DNA from: an uncultured delta proteobacterium
GTDB taxonomy: Bacteria > Desulfobacterota > RBG-13-43-22
Assembly (NCBI GenBank): GCA_963802945.1
Contig: CAWDKY010000015.1
Coordinates: 384,001-448,000 of the forward strand
Reading direction: 5' to 3'
Length of the DNA: 64,000 nucleotides
Below the pieces are notes generated by a model. That model saw only the letters and a list, made by a program, of their open reading frames with translations, was not told the origin of the DNA and ran no database searches. Every line of letters starts with the position of its first letter. The first letter of the stretch is position 1. Position numbers and translations under genes: made by a program. Positions 26,504 through 37,095 of the stretch are shown here, piece after piece.

Positions 26504-28694
26504 CATCCGCTCCATATCGTTTTGACTTTTCCCGTACAACGGAGATCTTGACCTGCTCAAGGTGTTCCGTCTCTTCGCTAACATGCCGTCCGACAGCCTC
26601 TAGTCCACCGAATTCCTCGATCTTCGAAACAAGTGCTGCTGTTTTTTCTTGAACCGGTCTTGTATTGTCCCAAGTATGGCGAAGGTGCCACACCGCGAGC
26701 CGTGTAAAATGACCATAGATAATGCAGCGAACATCACCGCGTGTTTCCTTTACGCCCGCCTGGCGAAGGTTTCCCACATCATCCCTCACCAGGTCAGCAA
26801 AAGCCATGGGAGTATTAGCTAACCATCGGGCCGGTACGGAGCCGGTGCTTCGACAAACGAAGACCGTATCGACAATAGATGAACCAGTGCCGCTGATATG
26901 GATCGAAGCCCCCATCTCGGCAGGGCAAGGTAACGATGCGGAACAGACCAAGCTGGAATCGAGCATTGCAATAGCGATCGGATAATAGGCTTCGAGACTA
27001 TTGTGATGATAGGTAAACACCATCGGATGGCCGGGCTTTAAGGCTTGCGCCATTTTGCGGAACACGACCGAAAGTCCTTCCGTAAAATAATCGAGCCCCC
27101 GCTTCATATTAACGTTGCCGGTCAATTCCTGTTTGTCGCGCGTCGTACCTCGCGCAAATGCGGGATCGCCCGTACCCACGAGCTTGCGCAGCCATACATA
27201 GCAGAAATCCATCAACTCGGCATACTGCACATTGCTGTAATATGGCGGGTCAGTGAATACCGCATCCACTGACCTAGGTTGAAGGTCCGCTTCCATGGAG
27301 CTTTGGCTAAGAAGCCGCACCTGGCGTCTGATAGGTGGGGAGGTTCCGTTTTTCTGGTCCCCGATCCATTCACCACGAACAGGGACCTGAATCTTGCGGC
27401 CATGTTCGTGCCGTATCTCAAAAGGCGCATCGCAATAAGCTTTGGCTTTATAATATTTTTCGATAATATTGGCCCAGCCGCCGCTCCCCACGTTCATACC
27501 CCCGCCATTTATGATGCCGAGAAAGTTCGACTCGCACTGTACGAGCCCTATAGGGAAACCATGGACTGAAAAGATGTCAAGAGACTTTAGCGCCATTGAA
27601 TCATACCTGCAGAGCATATTCTGATAACGGAGCAGGTCCGAAAGGTTGGTTGCAAGTGCGTTCCGCACACGCTCATCAGAGACATCCGCGATGGCCCGGC
27701 AGCTCAATTCCAGCCCGAGGAGCTGGCGCAAATTGAACATCTCACGATACTTCTGGTACCCCCATCTATGGAGCCGTGCAGTCTCATCGCCACCCAATAT
27801 AATATCATCCGGCACAAACAAGGTCTTCATGCTATTCAACCTGTTTGTGGCCTCCGTATATTTGGCCAGATCGGTTCGCGAGGGCTTCTTAAAGAACCTG
27901 CCCTCGTGCTGTGGTTTGCATTTTTTACAGTGATACTCCATGGCGTACATCCGATGAGTTGGTGGATGCTCGGGCTTGAAGGAGTAAAAGTTTGGCTTGC
28001 CGCAGTGTTTGCACTCGTATTTGCTCCTCTTTGCTGGACCATCAACTAGAATTCGTTCGCCGCATGACTTGCACTTGCCCGGTCGATGTCGATCTTTTAC
28101 TCCGTTCAATTCCCCGCAGGACGCGCACACATATATGTTCTCAGGATGTCGTTTGTCCTCCGCAAGCAGGTACCCAGGAAAAAGATCATTCGCCTTGCCG
28201 CAGTTGGCGCAGGTATGCTGTTTTACCCAGAGGAAATATTTTACATGTGCCTTTCTTGATCCGCACTCAAGACAGGTTGTATGATATAAGCTCCCGATAT
28301 TTTGTTCCAACCCGCTGACAAGCTCATCCGCTGCTTTACGATAGGCCTTTAAGTCCAGGTGTTCAATCTCTTGCCGCACGATCCAGTAGGCCATTGGGTT
28401 GATGTCATAGCCGATCACATCGCATCCAATGCGGTTTGCTTCAACGATAGGGGTACCTCCGCCCATGAAGGGATCGACCACGACAAGGCCGGAGAGGTTA
28501 TTGGAAGAGTAGAAAGTGTCCTGCAGCGGTTTGTTTACAAACTCCGAGAGAAGAAGCCCACGGAAAAGCGTACCCGGTCGCCGCGCAAACCACTTATGCA
28601 CAGCGATAATAGGCCGGTAATTCTGCTGAATTTGCTTTTCATGCAAAGCCAGGGAAGAGATAAATGGTATGTCGAATTTTTTTTCAATGGACAT
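26484..28694 (-). CDS. Amino-DNA methyltransferase with Zn-ribbon insertions (DUF1156-like)
   Basis: HKWFARRPG, DPFMGGGT, TDPPYY, many CxxC pairs. Confidence 0.88.
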   Translation of the reverse strand: MSIEKKFDIPFISSLALHEKQIQQNYRPIIAVHKWFARRPGTLFRGLLLSEFVNKPLQDTFYSSNNLSGLVVVDPFMGGGTPIVEANRIGCDVIGYDINPMAYWIVRQEIEHLDLKAYRKAADELVSGLEQNIGSLYHTTCLECGSRKAHVKYFLWVKQHTCANCGKANDLFPGYLLAEDKRHPENIYVCASCGELNGVKDRHRPGKCKSCGERILVDGPAKRSKYECKHCGKPNFYSFKPEHPPTHRMYAMEYHCKKCKPQHEGRFFKKPSRTDLAKYTEATNRLNSMKTLFVPDDIILGGDETARLHRWGYQKYREMFNLRQLLGLELSCRAIADVSDERVRNALATNLSDLLRYQNMLCRYDSMALKSLDIFSVHGFPIGLVQCESNFLGIINGGGMNVGSGGWANIIEKYYKAKAYCDAPFEIRHEHGRKIQVPVRGEWIGDQKNGTSPPIRRQVRLLSQSSMEADLQPRSVDAVFTDPPYYSNVQYAELMDFCYVWLRKLVGTGDPAFARGTTRDKQELTGNVNMKRGLDYFTEGLSVVFRKMAQALKPGHPMVFTYHHNSLEAYYPIAIAMLDSSLVCSASLPCPAEMGASIHISGTGSSIVDTVFVCRSTGSVPARWLANTPMAFADLVRDDVGNLRQAGVKETRGDVRCIIYGHFTRLAVWHLRHTWDNTRPVQEKTAALVSKIEEFGGLEAVGRHVSEETEHLEQVKISVVREKSKRYGADDDEIFF

Positions 28695-29089
28695 TGGAAG
28701 TAAGGAAATGTGAGGCTGTCGTTTATTGAAAGAGAGTACATTATTTGCGGGTTAAATGCAAGAGTGTTGAGGTTTATCGAGAAAACTGGCCAAAAAAGAT
28801 CGTTCGGGTTAAAATTAATGAGGAACTTCCATGATGAATTTCCGCAAAGCACCCTGAGAACGAATTTCCCTAACGTTGTTTATACTCTTCCCATCAAAAA
28901 GCTAGTCTTTATCAAAAATACAGTCTGTATAAAATAGGAAACACAGACTGTTCCCCTCTATATACAAAAGTTGGATCAGGTCTTGGAATATAAGCTTTTC
29001 CTTTCAGATTCCTAAACCGTCTTGAAGTTAGTAAGTCTTTATTGATAAATCAAGACCTCTTCCTCCGTCACTGTAATATGGGATGTGGC

Positions 29090-30390
29090 CATAGTTTTAA
29101 AGCATACGGGAAAAGATACTTTGCTCGTTCAACTATAGATTGTTCATCCCATTCAGCTATATTGTAGAAATAATGATTTAGCATAAGAGAAGAATGTAAT
29201 AATTCGGTTTTTTTCGGAATCAAAGGGGCCGTTACTAAGGGCCGTATTTAACGGCTAAGTAACAATGGTCAAGTTTCCTACAGTTTGAATTATTTTGTTT
29301 CTGTATTGAACTTTCTCTTTTATTCTATCCCATGTTTCTGCTTTTTTAACATCGGACGAATAATACCAATCGTCTGTCATGTCGGGCTCAATACTTTCTC
29401 CTTCCAATTTATAATTTGCAGCCCATTTTTGGGGCATAATATGTTCTACCGATGCTTGATCGATAGTTAATGTTTCAGACTTTACTGATCTCAATCTATC
29501 TTCAATCATTCTCATGATGGTCACTAATTGTTGACTGCTTAGATTTCTGTATATTGGTGCATTATGCCATCGTTCAGTAAATGCTTTGTCATCCGGCCAT
29601 TTCTGGTCTCCCCCTTTCCTTGAAGAAGCAATTCCCTTAATCGTTCTCGTGAAATCCCTTCCTTTCTCAATTTACTAACAATTTCTACAAAGAAAATATT
29701 GTACTCTTTTGTCATTTTACTGCAAATAAGTCTTCTAACAATAAACGATTCAAGATCATTTAAACTAAATATTAGATCATCCTTGTCAAAACCGGACTCT
29801 TCAAATAAATATATTACGAGAGGATATACCGTTGAGACATCCCATATTTTCAATCTCCTTGCAAAATCACTGAAATCATCATCACTGGTTGGACCTTCAA
29901 GTAAGTAACGGTATCGCCTTCCATATTGGTTAAAATCAGAGAGTTCATCTTTAACTGTTGCATATGGCTTCGCAAGAGTTATCCAGTCTTTATATTCCAA
30001 ATGAACCCTTTTTGAATCAATGATTTGTCCTTTCTTTGATGAAAGGAATACTCGTGTAACTACATCCAAATGGGACGACCACTGATTCCCTCTTCTGATT
30101 GTTTGATCCCAAAATGACTCTTCAAAATACTTCCAATAATCTTCATAAAGCTTATCTCGATCCTCTATTCCTTGTTCGGCTCTCATGAAAACAAAACTTC
30201 TTAATAGGTCGGATTGACTGAGCGGTTTACCTTGTGAATTAAGGGAATGAAATATTTCTTGAGAGTTATCATTATCGTCGAGCAATATCTCGACAACGGC
30301 AAAATCATCCTTGAGTACTCCAAAAACTTCCATTAATATATCTTCGACAGAATAATTTTCCTCTTCTACTGCCATCATGGAATTAAAAGG
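29090..30390 (-). pseudogene. DUF262/DUF1524 (GmrSD-like) nuclease, 5'-truncated and disrupted
   Basis: QEIFHSLNSQGKPLSQSDLLR; VEHIMPQ...GNLT HNH motif; frameshift near 29595, internal TAG at 29255. Confidence 0.8.
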
Positions 30391-30394
30391 AATA

Positions 30395-31237
30395 TACTGG
30401 TACGATTTCACACAACCCCGGGCCATTGAGCGGCGTCATAAAGCCCGGCATTATCGCCGGCATGATCACCGTACGCTGGTTGAATATGTTGAAGCTAAAA
30501 TCCGTATCGAATGGCCTCCGGAAGTTATTGCTGCTCACCTAAAGCTTGATCACCCAAACGATAAAACCATGCGTATCTGCCAGGAAACTATTTATCGGTG
30601 GATATTTCAAGATGCTCAACAAGGTGGCGATCTCTACTGCTATCAGAGACGCCGTCACAAAAAACGCCGCAAACAAAGACGCTATGGCTCGGGAAGACGT
30701 TTTATCCCTGGGCGTGTTTCCATTGATCAACGTCCATCCCTGGTTGATTTACGCCAACGGTTTGGGGACTGGGAAGGGGACACGCTGGAAGGTGGAAAAG
30801 GAAAAGGGGGCCTGGCCACTCATGTCGAGCGTAAAGGCCGTTATCTATTGGCAGCCAAGCTCTCGGACAAGACCTCCAACACCATGACTCAGCAAAGCAT
30901 TAAATCCTTTCGGAAAGCTCCCCGGACCCTACGCCATACCCTCACCGTTGATAATGGTAAAGAATTTTCTAATTTCAAAGAGCTCGAAAATAAAACCGGG
31001 TTAAAAGTCTATTTCGCAGACCCCTATGCAGCTTGGCAGCGGGGAATCAATGAAAATACAAATGGTCTGTTAAGACAATATTTCCCAAAAGGAACTGATT
31101 TCCAAAAGATATCGGAAAAAGAGATTGCTTTTGTCGTTAAAAAACTAAATAATCGCCCCAGAAAATGTCTCCACTACCAGACCCCTCATGCGGTCTTCTG
31201 TCAGGCTCTTAGTGGTGCACTTTGAAGTAGAATCTGC
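30395..31237 (+). mobile_element. IS30-family element, 5'-truncated
   Basis: [60 protein letters not shown]; right end GGTGCACTTTGAAGTAGAATCTG. Confidence 0.92.
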
Positions 31238-31310
31238 CTAATATAATTACCATTGAGCCCAAACCTCCCCAATACAATATATCTGACTAAGGCTGTGCAG
31301 TAAGGAACAA

Positions 31311-31448
31311 GAGGTGTTTTATCGGGTGGATCTTTTGAGATATGGATCTGGGCCATGAATCTCCTCAAGATCTTCAGGAAAGTTTTTGGTAAGAATAAGA
31401 ATGAAAGGAATTATAGAATATAACTGGCTAATTTGCAAAGAAATATTT
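31311..31448 (-). repeat. ~135-bp promoter+RBS+start repeat, copy 1
   Basis: Minus strand TTGCAA-N17-TATAAT...GAGGAG-ATG GCC CAG ATC CAT ATC TCA AAA GAT CCA; recurs at 36765-36900, partially at 32950-32995. Confidence 0.8.
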
Positions 31449-31796
31449 TAAATGCAGGTGGTCCGCTATTTGTGCCAGCTTCTTATCAAGGGTCCAGAGA
31501 GATACGCCCGTCAATACAGCGGAGGCCAGAAGATGAACATCCACGTATCCCAACCCTTTCCCCATTAACCGGTTGTCTTCTATAAATGCCAACACTTCTT
31601 CGTGCTCGGCTACGATACTTATGGGTAACAATTCCAGGTACGAAAGGATGACCGGCCTATTCTTAAGATTACCGCAGGCCAGCTCACCTAAAATAAACGG
31701 ATGGCACAGAACTCTTCCATCATTGAGCAGGGCTGCAAGCTCGGCACTTCCCTTCCGTAGATGGGTAACCCAGACCGAGGTATCGACCAGAACCAT
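31428..31796 (-). CDS. vapC: VapC PIN-domain toxin
   Basis: MVLVDTSVW, HPFILGELACG, YVDVHLLASA, LWTLDKKL. Confidence 0.93.
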   Translation of the reverse strand: MVLVDTSVWVTHLRKGSAELAALLNDGRVLCHPFILGELACGNLKNRPVILSYLELLPISIVAEHEEVLAFIEDNRLMGKGLGYVDVHLLASAVLTGVSLWTLDKKLAQIADHLHLKYFFAN

Positions 31797-31799
31797 CGC

Positions 31800-31994
31800 T
31801 TAGACGGCACCCCTTCTTCTCGGTATGGCCTTCAACTGCTTTTGAGTCCCACCCAGCTTGGCCAGCCTCCTGGCGCCTTCTCTGGCGATGAGCGCCTCAA
31901 GCCCGAGCTTAACGAGGGTGGTTTTTTCCTTTATTCCCGTCAGACTGGAGGCTTTGTCCATCAGGTTATCCTCGATATTCAAAGTTGTTCTCAC
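31800..31994 (-). CDS. vapB: VapB antitoxin
   Basis: MRTTLNIEDNL...TGIKEKTTLVKLGLEALI, directly upstream of vapC. Confidence 0.9.
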   Translation of the reverse strand: MRTTLNIEDNLMDKASSLTGIKEKTTLVKLGLEALIAREGARRLAKLGGTQKQLKAIPRRRGAV

Positions 31995-32323
31995 GGTTTC
32001 ACCTCATACTATTTATATGCCTTAATATGCATCATTTGTGCATATTTGTCAAGCTATTCTCAGAAAGTTATTTCAGCTTTTTCCTGAAATCCTCCAAACC
32101 CAGGAAGTCGATAATTACATCCACTATCTTTAGGGCATAAATTTGGGGGGGCGAGATGATTTTTACACGCAAATACGACGTATAGTGCTACTAAATGCAA
32201 AACTGTTTGCATTTGGTTTAACCCTTTTCAAGGCGATTTTATGATTCGGTGGGGAAAAACACAGACAAATAAAAATGGAGATTTTTTTAGACAGGAAATA
32301 GGGGACAATAAAGTTAGGAATGT

Positions 32324-32569
32324 TCAATCGGGCAATTCGTCCAGAGTCACAAATCTCCCTTGTCTGATTTCTTCCCTGGCTTTTGAAATTCTTTTGAGAA
32401 ATTTTTCATCATGCTCCATTTTATAGTCGAACCAATCGTCCTCGTTTTGAAATCCGATCACTACGGCCGCCGGTTTCCCGTGACGTGTAATGAGGACCTC
32501 TTCTCCCTCGGCTTCACGAATAATGCTGCAAATATCGTTTTTGGCTTCGCTCATCGTATGTCTTTTCAT
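32324..32569 (-). CDS. Phd/YefM antitoxin
   Basis: SEAKN...EEVLITRHGKPAAVVIG. Confidence 0.88.
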   Translation of the reverse strand: MKRHTMSEAKNDICSIIREAEGEEVLITRHGKPAAVVIGFQNEDDWFDYKMEHDEKFLKRISKAREEIRQGRFVTLDELPD

Positions 32570-32865
32570 TCTTGCACTCCATGTTTATGCGGCCATTTTG
32601 CAGTTTCAGGCTTCAATGCAAAATCCAACACTTCAACCCGGCCTTTTTCATCGTTCACATCATAGAACACCCGCATTTGGTCCACTCGCAGGCGATATTG
32701 CGGTTGGCGTAACCCTCTAAGCCTTTTGATTCGACTCTTGCTTACTTTTTTAGGCGCCGTTTGAAGATGGGTTCGCATGGCTGCTTTTAAGGAGGAATGC
32801 CACTGGGCATTCAATTTCTTAAACTCCTCCTTGGCACTTTCCGCAATAACGATCTGATATTTCAT
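32566..32865 (-). CDS. RelE/ParE-family toxin
   Basis: YQIVIAESAKEEF, IKRLRG, YRLRVDQMRVFYDV; ATGA overlap with antitoxin. Confidence 0.85.
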   Translation of the reverse strand: MKYQIVIAESAKEEFKKLNAQWHSSLKAAMRTHLQTAPKKVSKSRIKRLRGLRQPQYRLRVDQMRVFYDVNDEKGRVEVLDFALKPETAKWPHKHGVQE

Positions 32866-33028
32866 TCTGGGAAGAATATAGCCAGATTTGTTCGGACTGT
32901 CAATCTTAACTTAAACAAAGGATACCTACTGAAAGACCGCCTATCGATAATAAAGGGAGTTATAGATACTGGCTAATTTGCAAAGAAATATTTTGGGAAC
33001 ATAGGAGGCATTCTCCTATTATCTTCAA

Positions 33029-33259
33029 TTAGGTGGACTGACTCCGAAGGAGATAAGTTTTTGACACGATGTTTGCGGTTTGGGTGGCCTCATCATAAAC
33101 AATAAAAGCATCTCCTTTTTTCAATTGCCTCTTGACCATCTCCACGTTTTCTTCAAGCGATTTCTTGGTATAACCGGAATCAGTGCCCTCTCGGGTGACA
33201 AATTCCTCGATAAGCCCGTCCAAGGCTTTCCGGCTAAGTTTTTCGTAGGGGATAATCAT
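33029..33259 (-). CDS. YheU-family protein
   Basis: MIIPYEKLS..ALDGLIEEFVTREGTD. Confidence 0.85.
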   Translation of the reverse strand: MIIPYEKLSRKALDGLIEEFVTREGTDSGYTKKSLEENVEMVKRQLKKGDAFIVYDEATQTANIVSKTYLLRSQST

Positions 33260-33377
33260 TGATCGTTACTAACTCTCGACCTTCACTTTAATCGGAACGG
33301 CTTTCGGAAAGTTCAGCAGAATAGGGTCAATGCATTCAAAATGATTTTGTCTTGATTGCCAGTACCTTTAATAGGTG

Positions 33378-34355
33378 TTATGGGATCGACAACGGAGTTT
33401 CCTCAGGTGTTAGTTTGACTAACTCAATGCTCGTCTTCCACAAATCCAGCGCCTTTGGCCGATCATACGACTCTTCAGAAGATGGTATCTCCATCATACC
33501 GGAAAAATACTTACCTGAAACTCCTTCGACCTCCGGGTCAAGCACAAGCCTGGCCAGGGCTTTGCCGGACTCGCTAACCCGGTTCATTGAAAAGAAAGCC
33601 CTGGCTATCGGCAGAATCGCGGGCAATATGAAGTTCCACCCAAAGCGTAAGATGGGATTGACATCCCGCACCAGGCCGGTCCCGGGCATCATGCCTGGAT
33701 TGAAGGCATTTACGGTTATGGGGTTTTGCCCAGTGCTTAAGCCCTCTTCCTGCAGACGACGTGACAGCTCATAAGTAAAGTAGATATTGCAAAGCTTTGA
33801 GGTCGTATAGCGTCGTCGTCCGGCCTTGCCGGAGCCCTCGCTGCTTGAGGTCTTTTCTGGCCGGGCAAGAGAAGCGGCTGAGTCATAATGCGGCTCAGGC
33901 ACGCCGGTCTTTTGAAGAGGGTCATGGGTATCGCTGCTTACGACTACGATCCTCGCCGGGGCAACGAGAAGTTTTAGAAGTAAATGGGTAAGCAGAAAAT
34001 GTCCAAGATGATTAACGCCAAAAGTTGTCTCAAACCCATCTTGGGTATAGGTCATACCAGATGCTATCTGAATCCCGGCGTTGCATACTATGGCCCGCAA
34101 CGGCGGCAAATCGCGAACTGTGAAGTCTTTTACGAAGTTACGAACCGATTCTAAGGAAGCCAAGTCGAGGGGTATCGCCTCTATCTTGGCATTGGGTGAC
34201 TGAGCCGTCAGCCTGCCAATCGCCTCTGAACCCTTTTGCCGGTTCCGACAGGCAATGATAATATGCCAACCTTTTTGAGAACCAGCCAGTTCTTTCACGC
34301 ACTCATAGCCAAGCCCCGAGTTGCCTCCGGTGACAATCACTGTTTTGTCAAACAC
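33378..34355 (-). CDS. SDR (retinol/protochlorophyllide-reductase-like)
   Basis: TGGNSGLG, LDLASLESVR, CNAG, NHLGHFLL, YTTSK. Confidence 0.92.
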   Translation of the reverse strand: MFDKTVIVTGGNSGLGYECVKELAGSQKGWHIIIACRNRQKGSEAIGRLTAQSPNAKIEAIPLDLASLESVRNFVKDFTVRDLPPLRAIVCNAGIQIASGMTYTQDGFETTFGVNHLGHFLLTHLLLKLLVAPARIVVVSSDTHDPLQKTGVPEPHYDSAASLARPEKTSSSEGSGKAGRRRYTTSKLCNIYFTYELSRRLQEEGLSTGQNPITVNAFNPGMMPGTGLVRDVNPILRFGWNFILPAILPIARAFFSMNRVSESGKALARLVLDPEVEGVSGKYFSGMMEIPSSEESYDRPKALDLWKTSIELVKLTPEETPLSIP

Positions 34356-34392
34356 GTTGTATCTCCAATTCCCTCACTCGAATCGACTGTAT

Positions 34393-34503
34393 TTGGGGAC
34401 GCTGTTAACTTATTAACTTTTATCAAACCGAACCCTTCATACTATTGCCCCAAAACTACTTTTGTTCCATTGGAACTTAATAACTTAACAGCGTCGCCTT
34501 TTA
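34393..34503. repeat. GGGGAC-ended inverted-repeat element
   Basis: GGGGACGCTGTTAACTTATTAA ... TTAATAACTTAACAGCGTCGCC. Confidence 0.7.
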
Positions 34504-34512
34504 TTTTCGAGC

Positions 34513-34594
34513 TGTCTTTCCGGCGAAAGCCGGAATCCAGAAACCTTCTACAGCCTGAGAAACCCCTGGACCCCGGCTTTCGCCGGGGTGACGA
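34513..34594. repeat. Palindromic element of TCATTCC-GCGAAAGC-GGAATCC type
   Basis: TCTTTCCGGCGAAAGCCGGAATCCAG...CTGGACCCCGGCTTTCGCCGGGGTGAC; related copy at 55426-55514. Confidence 0.75.
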
Positions 34595-34627
34595 CTGGGA
34601 GGGCTTTGGATTTTTGGATGTAAGCCC

Positions 34628-34687
34628 AAGCCCCTTTGAGTGGCTAATAATATTCAAGCCTCCGGCTCTACCGGAGGTCTAGTGACT
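34628..34687 (+). mobile_element. Possible IS200/IS605 end remnant
   Basis: GCCCCTTTGAGTGGC ... AAGCCTCCGGCTCTACCGGAGGT..TGACT double hairpin. Confidence 0.45.
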
Positions 34688-34703
34688 AAACCAGTCCCAT
34701 TTA

Positions 34704-36599
34704 TCATTCAGTCGTTTTTATCTCTTTTCCTTCAGCTTTCGATACGTTTTGGGAAATCATTTGCGACAACCAGGCATTGAACAGGTTTCCGCTCGCAGAG
34801 GCATCTCCACCCCCAACCAGAACCTGGGGCACAATCTGAATCTTACCAGTTGCGATCTCCTGAATGAGTTTGATGATCGCTACATTCTGCTGACCAATGG
34901 CCTCCTTCTGGGCATTGTAGGCAGCGGCAATACCGTCGCCCTCGATCTTACTTTTGTAAGAATTGCCGTCAGCCACCAGTATGGTAGATTCTTTAGTCCC
35001 CTGAGCTTGGAGAATCACGGAGCGCCTAATACCGTCGGCTTCCTTAACTCTGGCTTCAGCCCTGTCATTATTGATGTCTATGGATAATTTGGCATCAATA
35101 ACATCTTTCTGTTTATCCGCCCGGGACGATTTTTCCATGACCGCAATGCGTTTTTCCTGAGCCAGGGCCTCCTGGTCATACTGGGCCTGCTGCTGATTGG
35201 CAATCTCCTTCTTGGTTTGAGTATCCAGCAAATCCTTAGGTATATCGATATAAGCGATGAGTAAGTTTTGGGCCTCTACGTTGTACTCGGAAAATCTTTC
35301 TTTGGCGTGTGCCAGGGCTTCGGTTTGTAAGTCCGTCCGGCTTTGGAAAAAGTCAATCGCTTTCTTCTCGCCGGCCTTATTCCTGAAAGAGGAATCGATC
35401 AGCGGATGAACGATTTGATCAATCAGATTGGCCACTGATCCGAATCTGGCTATGATGTAGGCCGCATTGCCCGGTTGAATTCGGATCACCATTCGGACAT
35501 TGACTTCCAGTTGAAAGCCGTCTTTAGAGGTTACCTTTAAGGGATCAAAACTATACAGGACCGCCGCAGCTTTGGTCTCCGGTGATTTAACTCCCTTGAC
35601 CTCTGTCCCGATTCTTCCTTCGGTTGCCCAATCGATGGTAACGGCGGAAGTAGGCACTTGATAGGCGGTAAAAGCAATCGCATTCAGGTTGTATTTCCCA
35701 GGTGCTATCGGCTCTCTCCAAATGCCGCGAGTGTATTTATCGGTTATCAGTATTTTCTCAACATCTTCATGGATCGGACCACCGAGTTTTCCTTCTTTGG
35801 TAGTTCGCTCGGGCCCTTCGGGTGCCCTCTCCAACTCCAACCCCACGTTGGACCTGATGACGGCCACATATCCCGGAAGGACCTCGGCCACATCTTCAAC
35901 TTTGATATCAAACAAGTTCGGATTGATGTAATATATTCCCGGCTGCAAGGTATCCAACTGCGGCCCCCGGTATCCTTGGCTGTCGATAAAGAGCTGCCCA
36001 TTTTGATAAGCTTTATGGTCTGCTTCAGTACTGTCGTTTTTTAGAGCCTTCGGGGCGATGACATAGCCGGTCGGTAAGGGAATACCGTCTTTGGCCACGG
36101 CGATACCAATGGTATTCTCAGCTATTTTTATTGCCGGAGCCTTGGTAATATTGAACAGTCTGGTATTGATCCGGTAGGTACCTGGACGCAGGATTCCAAC
36201 CTGCGGTCCTTTCTTTCCATGGTTGGCTAAGAACATCTCCGCATCTTGAAATTGATTACACTCGACTTCATCGGCCAACACTCTGCCTTTAGGGAGTGGT
36301 TCGCCGTCAATAGATTCGACGATACCGACAGTAGCATTCTCTACCGTCACTACCGGAACTTTGGTAAATGAAAAGATGATTGGGAGCCTCCAATAGAGCC
36401 CCGGCATCAAGGTCCTGGCCCGAACCCCTATTTCCCCGTGACGGGCGATTATTTGTCCTGCAGGCATTTTTTTGCCGAACATGTTTTTAGTAAGGATGCC
36501 GACTTGATTGGCCCCGATCAAACAAAAACCTTTAAGGATAAGTATCAGAACAATAAAAGCAACCACATATAAGACGAACCATCCAAACATTCCTATCAT
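34704..36599 (-). CDS. SPFH/flotillin-domain membrane protein
   Basis: N-terminal TM, repeated GPQ..L.PG.Y.IN, SKDGFQLEV, coiled-coil tail, IVPQVLVGG. Confidence 0.88.
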   Translation of the reverse strand: MIGMFGWFVLYVVAFIVLILILKGFCLIGANQVGILTKNMFGKKMPAGQIIARHGEIGVRARTLMPGLYWRLPIIFSFTKVPVVTVENATVGIVESIDGEPLPKGRVLADEVECNQFQDAEMFLANHGKKGPQVGILRPGTYRINTRLFNITKAPAIKIAENTIGIAVAKDGIPLPTGYVIAPKALKNDSTEADHKAYQNGQLFIDSQGYRGPQLDTLQPGIYYINPNLFDIKVEDVAEVLPGYVAVIRSNVGLELERAPEGPERTTKEGKLGGPIHEDVEKILITDKYTRGIWREPIAPGKYNLNAIAFTAYQVPTSAVTIDWATEGRIGTEVKGVKSPETKAAAVLYSFDPLKVTSKDGFQLEVNVRMVIRIQPGNAAYIIARFGSVANLIDQIVHPLIDSSFRNKAGEKKAIDFFQSRTDLQTEALAHAKERFSEYNVEAQNLLIAYIDIPKDLLDTQTKKEIANQQQAQYDQEALAQEKRIAVMEKSSRADKQKDVIDAKLSIDINNDRAEARVKEADGIRRSVILQAQGTKESTILVADGNSYKSKIEGDGIAAAYNAQKEAIGQQNVAIIKLIQEIATGKIQIVPQVLVGGGDASASGNLFNAWLSQMISQNVSKAEGKEIKTTE

Positions 36600-36764
36600 T
36601 GTTTTGTTTCTCCTTTTTATTTATTCTCCATACCCTTTTCGGGCATAGAGTATTTGTCCCCGCGAGATTGAAAGCCTAACAAGTTATTCTAAAGTTTTCC
36701 GTATATCTCCTCAACCCTGGAGATTCCTCCATGTCGATATAAAGGCTTATGACCTAAAGTAAAG

Positions 36765-36900
36765 GGTGCTTTATCGGGTGGATCTTTTGAGATATGGATA
36801 TAAGCCATGAATCTCCTCAAGATCTTAAAGATAAGGTGTTTGTATAAATAAGACCGAAGGAAATTATATAACTTAACTGGCTAATTTGCAAAGAAGTTAT
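36765..36900 (-). repeat. ~135-bp promoter+RBS+start repeat, copy 2
   Basis: TTGCAA-N17-TATAAT (36891-36863), then MAYIHISKDPPDK mini-ORF. Confidence 0.8.
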
Positions 36901-37095
36901 TTTGTAAGCGGCAAGGACGCAGTTCGAGTTCGGAGAAGGAGGAGAAAGTCTAAGGCTATCAAACTTTGCTTGACAGGTCGAGCTATTTCTCATATTTTTA
37001 AAGTGAGGAAAAAAGAAGGTCAGGGTTTAAGAGGATTTTTCAGTACGGTCGATTTAAAAGAACGAACAATAGAAGAACAATAGAAGGAGGGGAAT

